Below are positions 27,095 through 32,000 of a stretch of 32,000 nucleotides of DNA, in pieces. The position numbers were made by a program, and so were the translations under genes. Source of the stretch: Candidatus Johnevansia muelleri. GTDB lineage: Bacteria > Pseudomonadota > Gammaproteobacteria > Johnevansiales > Johnevansiaceae. Every line of letters starts with the position of its first letter. The first letter of the stretch is position 1. The notes below the pieces were generated by a model, which was not told the origin of the DNA, made no database searches, and was given only the letters and a program-made list of their open reading frames with translations. Where the stretch lies: contig LM655252.1 in the NCBI GenBank assembly GCA_000953435.1, positions 270,001 through 302,000 on the forward strand. The letters run 5' to 3'.

Positions 27095-28612
27095 ATGATT
27101 ATAAAAAATAATATCAATAGTGAAAATTATTTAATAAATATTAGAAAAAAAAAACTTTTTAAATTACGTGAAAAATATAATAATTTAGGTATTAGTGTTT
27201 TTCCTAATGATTTTCGTCGTGATAATTTTGCATATTTTTTACAAAAAAAATATTTAAATAAAACTAAATTAGAATTAATAAAATTAAATTATTTTGTTTC
27301 AGTAGCTGGTCGTATTATGCGTAAACGTGGACCATTTATAATAATTCAAGATGTTACTGGACAAATTCAAATTTATTTAAAAAAAAATCTTGATAATTTA
27401 GAAGAAATTAAGAATTGGGATATTGGTGATATTATATATGCTTATGGTATAATTAATAAATCTAATATGGGAGATCTTTATATTTTGGTAACAAAAACAA
27501 AACTTTTAACAAAAAGTTTACGGTCTTTACCTGATAAATATCATGGATTTATTGATAAAGAAAGCCGGTATAGACAACGTTATGTTGATTTAATAATGAA
27601 TGTTAATACACGTAAATTATTTTATATACGTACTTCAATAATAATAGCTATTAGAGAATTTTTATTTAATCTTGAATTTTTGGAAGTTGAAACTCCCATA
27701 TTACAAAATATTCCTGGAGGAGCTTTTTCACGTCCTTTTATTACACATCATAATGCTTTAAATTCCGATATGTATTTACGTATTTCACCAGAACTTTATT
27801 TAAAAAGGTTGGTTATAGGGGGGTTAGAGCGAGTTTTTGAAATAAATAGAAATTTTAGAAATGAAGGATTATCTACTATTCATAATCCTGAATTTACAAT
27901 GGTTGAATTTTATTGGGCATTTGCAAATTATTATGATTTAATTAAATTAACTGAAAATTTAATTTGTTATGTAGCAAAAAAAACTTTAGGATATACTATA
28001 ATATCATTAAATTATGATAATAAAAAAATAGTTTTAGATCTTACTGAACCGTTTAATATTTTAACTATGCGACAATCAATACTTGTATATGGTATAAAAT
28101 ATAATATTTATGATTCTGATATTGTTTCATTAGAAACAATTAAGTTACTTGCAAAAAAATTAAATATAATAATAAATATTAATTGGGGAATGGGCAAAAT
28201 TTTAAATGAAATTTTTTCATTAATTGTAGAACATAAAATTATAAAACCTACATTTATTACTGAATATCCAGTTGAAATAAGTCCATTAGCTAGATGTAAT
28301 GATAAAAATCCAGAATTTTGTGATAGATTTGAATTATTTATTATTGGACATGAATTAGCTAATGGTTATTCTGAATTAAATGATCCTGAAGAACAATCAA
28401 ATAGGTTTAAAACTCAATTAATAGAAAAATCTGATGGAAATTTAGAATCAATGTTTTATGATATAGATTATATTAATGCTCTTGAATATGGAATGCCTCC
28501 AACAGCTGGAGAAGGTATAGGTATTGATAGATTAGTAATGTTATTAACAAATAGTGTTTCAATTCGTGATGTTTTATTTTTTCCTATTATGCGTAATAAT
28601 AAATTTATATAA
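27095..28612 (+). CDS. lysS: lysine--tRNA ligase, class II
   Basis: 505 aa. Class II motifs FRNEG and GIGIDRLVMLLT, plus an OB-fold N-terminal domain. Conserved prfB-lysS arrangement. Confidence 0.95.
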   Translation: MIIKNNINSENYLINIRKKKLFKLREKYNNLGISVFPNDFRRDNFAYFLQKKYLNKTKLELIKLNYFVSVAGRIMRKRGPFIIIQDVTGQIQIYLKKNLDNLEEIKNWDIGDIIYAYGIINKSNMGDLYILVTKTKLLTKSLRSLPDKYHGFIDKESRYRQRYVDLIMNVNTRKLFYIRTSIIIAIREFLFNLEFLEVETPILQNIPGGAFSRPFITHHNALNSDMYLRISPELYLKRLVIGGLERVFEINRNFRNEGLSTIHNPEFTMVEFYWAFANYYDLIKLTENLICYVAKKTLGYTIISLNYDNKKIVLDLTEPFNILTMRQSILVYGIKYNIYDSDIVSLETIKLLAKKLNIIININWGMGKILNEIFSLIVEHKIIKPTFITEYPVEISPLARCNDKNPEFCDRFELFIIGHELANGYSELNDPEEQSNRFKTQLIEKSDGNLESMFYDIDYINALEYGMPPTAGEGIGIDRLVMLLTNSVSIRDVLFFPIMRNNKFI

Positions 28613-28624
28613 AAGAAATTAATC

Positions 28625-29785
28625 ATGTTAAATTTATTGAAAATAAATACAATTAAAAAAAAAATAAAATTTACAGAAATATATTTTTATTTTGATATAA
28701 TAAATAATATTAATAAAATTTATAATAAAAATTATATAAAAAATAATAAAATTAAAAATAAATTTTTATTTTATTTAAAAAATATAAACTATAATGTTAA
28801 TATTATTAAAAAGAATTTTTATATTAATTGGAAAAATAAATATTTTATTTATTTAAAAAATAAATCCAATTTTTTATATAATAATTTATACAAAGGTTTA
28901 ATTAAAACACGTAATAATTTTAAATATGGATTATTTAAAATTTTTAAAAATAAAACTATAATTGATAATAATATTATTTATAAAATAGAAACACAACTTT
29001 TAATGGCAGATATAGGCATTGAAACAACAACAAAAATTATATCTATTATAAAAAAAAAAATTATAAAAAATAATATATATAATGTAAAAGATATATATAT
29101 TATTTTAAAAAATGAACTTAATTTAATTTTAAAGTCTGTTGAAAAACCTTTAAACTTAGAAAATTTAATATTTAAAAAACCTTTTTTAATTATTATAGTG
29201 GGAGTTAATGGAGTAGGTAAAACGACAACTATTGGAAAATTAACAAAATATTATAAAAATTTAGGTAAATCAGTTTTATTAGCGGCAGGAGATACTTATC
29301 GTGTCGCTGCAATTGAACAAATACAGATTTTAGGTGAAAATAATAATGTTCCAGTAATATTAAAAAATTTAGGTGCTGATAGTGCTTATGTTATTTATGA
29401 AGCTTTAATGGCAGCTCGTTTTAATAATATAGATATACTTATAGCTGATACAGCTGGACGATTACAAAATAATAAAATTTTAATGGATGAATTAAAAAAA
29501 ATTTATAACTTATTAAATAAAATTGATAGAAATATTCCTAATGAAATTATGCTTATATTAGATGCTAGTATTGGACAAAATGCTATTTATCAAACAAGTA
29601 TATTTAATAATGCCGTTCCTATAAATGGTATTACATTAACTAAATTAGATGGTACATCAAAAGGTGGGGTAATTTTTTCCATTGCAAATAAATTTAATAT
29701 TCCTATTCGTTTTATTAGTTTAGGTGAATCAATAAATGATTTATATGTATTTAAATCAAAAAATTTTATTGAAACAATATTTTAA
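28625..29785 (+). CDS. ftsY: signal recognition particle receptor FtsY
   Basis: The NG domain is collinear with E. coli FtsY: GLIKTRNNF, GVNGVGKTTTIGKL, DTAGRLQN, TKLDGTSKGG. The N-terminal region of about 90 aa is N/K/I-rich and low-complexity. Confidence 0.9.
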   Translation: MLNLLKINTIKKKIKFTEIYFYFDIINNINKIYNKNYIKNNKIKNKFLFYLKNINYNVNIIKKNFYINWKNKYFIYLKNKSNFLYNNLYKGLIKTRNNFKYGLFKIFKNKTIIDNNIIYKIETQLLMADIGIETTTKIISIIKKKIIKNNIYNVKDIYIILKNELNLILKSVEKPLNLENLIFKKPFLIIIVGVNGVGKTTTIGKLTKYYKNLGKSVLLAAGDTYRVAAIEQIQILGENNNVPVILKNLGADSAYVIYEALMAARFNNIDILIADTAGRLQNNKILMDELKKIYNLLNKIDRNIPNEIMLILDASIGQNAIYQTSIFNNAVPINGITLTKLDGTSKGGVIFSIANKFNIPIRFISLGESINDLYVFKSKNFIETIF

Positions 29786-29799
29786 GATATATGAAGTAT

Positions 29800-30024
29800 A
29801 TGAAAAATATATGTAAAATTACTGGAAAAAAAAAAATTGTTGGTAATAATGTTTCACATTCAAATAAAAAAACTAAAAAAAATTTTTTTATTAATCTTCA
29901 AAATTATAAATTTTATTTAGAAAAAGAAAAATATTTATTAAAATTACGTATTTCTTGTAAAGGAAAACGTTTTATTTATAAAAATGGAATATATAAATAT
30001 TTTAAAAAAATATTTTATAAATAA
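29800..30024 (+). CDS. rpmB: 50S ribosomal protein L28
   Basis: MKNICKITGKKKIVGNNVSHSNKKTKK.F..NLQ aligns with E. coli L28 [34 protein letters not shown]. An alternative in-frame ATG at 29791 would add 3 residues. Confidence 0.88.
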   Translation: MKNICKITGKKKIVGNNVSHSNKKTKKNFFINLQNYKFYLEKEKYLLKLRISCKGKRFIYKNGIYKYFKKIFYK

Positions 30025-30030
30025 TTTATT

Positions 30031-30183
30031 ATGATTGAAAAAATAAAATTAATATCTTCTTCTAAAACCGGACATTTTTATACAACAACAAAAAAAAAAA
30101 ATATATCTAAAAAATTAGAATTAAAAAAATATGATCCCATTATTCGGAAACATGTTTTATATAAAGAAAAAAATATAAAATAA
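30031..30183 (+). CDS. rpmG: 50S ribosomal protein L33
   Basis: Not in the ORF track because it is only 50 aa. My translation is [50 protein letters not shown]. This matches L33 ([20 protein letters not shown]....[24 protein letters not shown]). Conserved rpmB-rpmG pairing. Confidence 0.88.
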   Translation: MIEKIKLISSSKTGHFYTTTKKKNISKKLELKKYDPIIRKHVLYKEKNIK

Positions 30184-30188
30184 TTAAT

Positions 30189-31208
30189 ATGAAAAAATAT
30201 AAAATATTAACTGGTATTATGACTACAGGTACTCCACATTTAGGAAATTATATTGGAGCTATTAAATCAGCCATTAAAGTTAGTAAAAATAATAATATTA
30301 AATCTTTTTTTTTTCTTGCTGATTTACATGCCTTAATTAAATTATATGATTCATATAAAATCAACCGGTCTTTATTAGAAATATCTGCTACTTTATTAGC
30401 ATTAGGTTTAAATACTAAAAATACTATTTTTTATAGACAATTAGATGTTCCTGAAATAACTGAAATTATGTGGATTCTTTCATGTGTTTGTGCTAAAGGA
30501 TTAATGAATCGTGCTCATGCTTATAAAGCTGCTGTTATAAATAATAAAAATTTAAAATATTATGATATAGATAATAAAATAAATATGGGTTTATATAATT
30601 ATCCTATATTAATGGCAGCTGATATTTTATTATTTAATGTTAATTATGTTTTAGTGGGTATAGATCAAATTCAACATATTGAAATTGCTCGTGATATAGC
30701 TATACGATTTAATTATATTTATAATGAAAAATGTTTTTTATTACCTAAAGCATTAATAAATAAAAATATAAACTTAATTAATGGTATAGATGGACAAAAA
30801 ATGTCCAAAAGTTATAATAATACTATTCCTATATTTTGTACTGAATTAGAATTAAAAAATTATATACGTAAAATTAAAACAAATTCTTTAGCACCAGGTA
30901 CACCTAAAAATCATAATAATTGTACTTTATTCGAAATTTTTAAAGCCTTTGCTAATAATAATGAAATTAATTATTTAAAAAATTGTTATTATGAAGGTAT
31001 AAGTTGGATAGAAATAAAAATTTTAGTATTTGAATATTTAAATAAAATTTTAATTGAACCACGTAAAAAATATAATTATTTATTAAATAATCCTAATTAT
31101 ATTCAAAACTTATTTAAAATAGGTTCAGAAAAAGCTAGATTGGAAATAGCTCCATTAGTTTATCGTTTACGTAATGTTACTGGTTTAGGAAATTTTAAAA
31201 AAAATTGA
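30189..31208 (+). CDS. trpS: tryptophan--tRNA ligase
   Basis: 339 aa class I synthetase. The HIGH-type motif reads TPHLGNYIGA and the KMSKS motif is present (GQKMSKSYNN). Confidence 0.92.
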   Translation: MKKYKILTGIMTTGTPHLGNYIGAIKSAIKVSKNNNIKSFFFLADLHALIKLYDSYKINRSLLEISATLLALGLNTKNTIFYRQLDVPEITEIMWILSCVCAKGLMNRAHAYKAAVINNKNLKYYDIDNKINMGLYNYPILMAADILLFNVNYVLVGIDQIQHIEIARDIAIRFNYIYNEKCFLLPKALINKNINLINGIDGQKMSKSYNNTIPIFCTELELKNYIRKIKTNSLAPGTPKNHNNCTLFEIFKAFANNNEINYLKNCYYEGISWIEIKILVFEYLNKILIEPRKKYNYLLNNPNYIQNLFKIGSEKARLEIAPLVYRLRNVTGLGNFKKN

Positions 31209-31245
31209 CAATATCTTATATATTTGATTAATTATTAATTAAATT

Positions 31246-31270
31246 ACCCTAAATATTTATTATTTAGGGT
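31246..31270 (+). other. perfect 10-bp stem / 5-nt loop hairpin whose 3' arm includes the first 4 nt of tRNA-Ile
   Basis: accctaaata (31246-31255), loop tttat, tatttagggt (31261-31270). No U-tract follows, so it is not a canonical intrinsic terminator. Confidence 0.3.
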
Positions 31271-31340
31271 CTGTAGCTCAGTTGGTTAGAGCACACCCCT
31301 GATAAGGGTGAGGTCGGTAGTTCAAATCTACCCAGACCCA
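31267..31340 (+). tRNA. tRNA-Ile (anticodon GAU)
   Basis: Acceptor gggtctg/cagaccc. Anticodon stem acccc/ggggt-like with loop ctGATaa. T arm ggtag-ttcaaat-ctacc. This is the isoacceptor normally found in rrn spacers. Confidence 0.9.
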
Positions 31341-31365
31341 TCAATTATTGTATTAAATATAGTAA

Positions 31366-31484
31366 TTCCTGATAATAATAGCAGTTGGGAACCACCTGAT
31401 ACCATCTAGAATTCAGAAGTGAAACCATCTTGCGCCAATGGTAGTGTGGGTTTTTTCCATGTAATAGTAGGTAATTGTCAGGTT
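31366..31484 (+). rRNA. rrf: 5S ribosomal RNA
   Basis: Collinear with E. coli 5S. Conserved blocks include ccacctga.accat, ttcagaagtgaaac, gcgcc.atggtagtgtggg and agtagg.aa.tg.cagg. The terminal helix cctga/tcagg pairs. Confidence 0.88.
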
Positions 31485-31515
31485 ATAATGAAAATAAATT
31501 TAATTTTTTTTAAAT

Positions 31516-31588
31516 GGGTCGTTAGCTCAGTTGGTAGAGCAGTTGGCTTTTAACCAATTGGTCGTAGGTTCAAATCCTACACGACCTA
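31516..31588 (+). tRNA. tRNA-Lys (anticodon UUU)
   Basis: Acceptor gggtcgt/acgacct (G1-U72 wobble). Anticodon stem gttgg/ccaat with loop ctTTTaa. T arm gtagg-ttcaaat-cctac. Confidence 0.88.
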
Positions 31589-31625
31589 TTTAAAGGAATA
31601 ATGCTATTTATAAAATAGGTTTCTT

Positions 31626-32000
31626 ATGATTAAAGGTAGTATTGTTGCTTTAATAACCCCTATGAAAATAAATGGAGAAATTGATTGGGACGCTTTACAT
31701 CGTTTAGTTAATTTACATTTATATAATAAAACAGATGCTATTGTTGCTGTAGGAACTACAGGGGAACCAACTACTATGACAGTTGACGAACATTTTGATG
31801 TTATAAGAGCTATTGTTAGTGAAGTTAATGGTAGAATACCAGTTATAGCTGGTACAGGTGCTAATGCTAGTTGGGAAGCTGTAAATTTAACACGTTATGC
31901 TAAAGAAGCAGGAGCAGATTGTTGTCTGTCAGTGACACCTTATTATAATATTCCTACACAAGAAGGTTTATATCAACATTTTAAATTAATTGCTGAAGTA
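31626..32000 (+). CDS. dapA: 4-hydroxy-tetrahydrodipicolinate synthase, N-terminal 125 codons (continues past the window end)
   Basis: [13 protein letters not shown]...[15 protein letters not shown]...IAGTGANA...[19 protein letters not shown], typical of DapA. The frame is open to nt 32000. Confidence 0.92.
   Translation, partial: MIKGSIVALITPMKINGEIDWDALHRLVNLHLYNKTDAIVAVGTTGEPTTMTVDEHFDVIRAIVSEVNGRIPVIAGTGANASWEAVNLTRYAKEAGADCCLSVTPYYNIPTQEGLYQHFKLIAEV

Noticed and set aside
1-32000. Possibility that the genome uses UGA as Trp (code 4), given the extreme AT bias and the TGG at the prfB shift site
   Set aside because: TGA terminates htpX, mnmA, cobS and trpS at positions matching homolog lengths. 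All track ORFs are full length under the standard code. An RF2 gene with intact SPF and GGQ motifs is retained.

Overview
The window is extremely AT-rich (roughly 20% GC by eye) and very gene-dense. Most intergenic gaps are under 70 bp and several stop/start junctions overlap. This is the signature of a reduced-genome obligate endosymbiont. The trpEGDC block, prfB-lysS, rpmB-rpmG and a class II LysRS point to Beta/Gammaproteobacteria; I cannot name the organism. The standard code applies: TGA ends htpX, mnmA, cobS and trpS at the expected protein lengths, and prfB is present. Left to right the window holds: the nuoN 3' end; argH-lysA-dapF (minus strand); tRNA-Thr; infA-mnmA (minus); htpX; tRNA-Glu, a tRNA-derived tandem array, tRNA-Gly and tRNA-Ser; trxA; gnd plus a short gnd-like paralog (minus); trpE-trpG-trpD-trpC; tRNA-Asn and tRNA-Leu (minus); an 11.7-kb two-armed late-stage (aerobic-type) cobalamin cluster; prfB-lysS; ftsY; rpmB-rpmG; trpS; tRNA-Ile, 5S rRNA and tRNA-Lys; and the dapA 5' part. 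I see no transposases, integrases, CRISPR, toxin-antitoxin or defence genes, so this is core housekeeping and nutrient-provisioning DNA. Four things deserve a second look. (1) A perfect 79-bp x 3.7 tandem array of chimeric tRNA-Gly(5')/tRNA-Glu(3') fragments. (2) A prfB that keeps the whole programmed +1 frameshift cassette but has TGG where the regulatory TGA should be. (3) Retention of a large B12 cluster with a single fused AAA+/vWA chelatase partner for CobN. (4) A 5S rRNA gene placed directly after tRNA-Ile(GAU) with no 16S or 23S next to it. Homopolymer lengths were counted by eye and are approximate.
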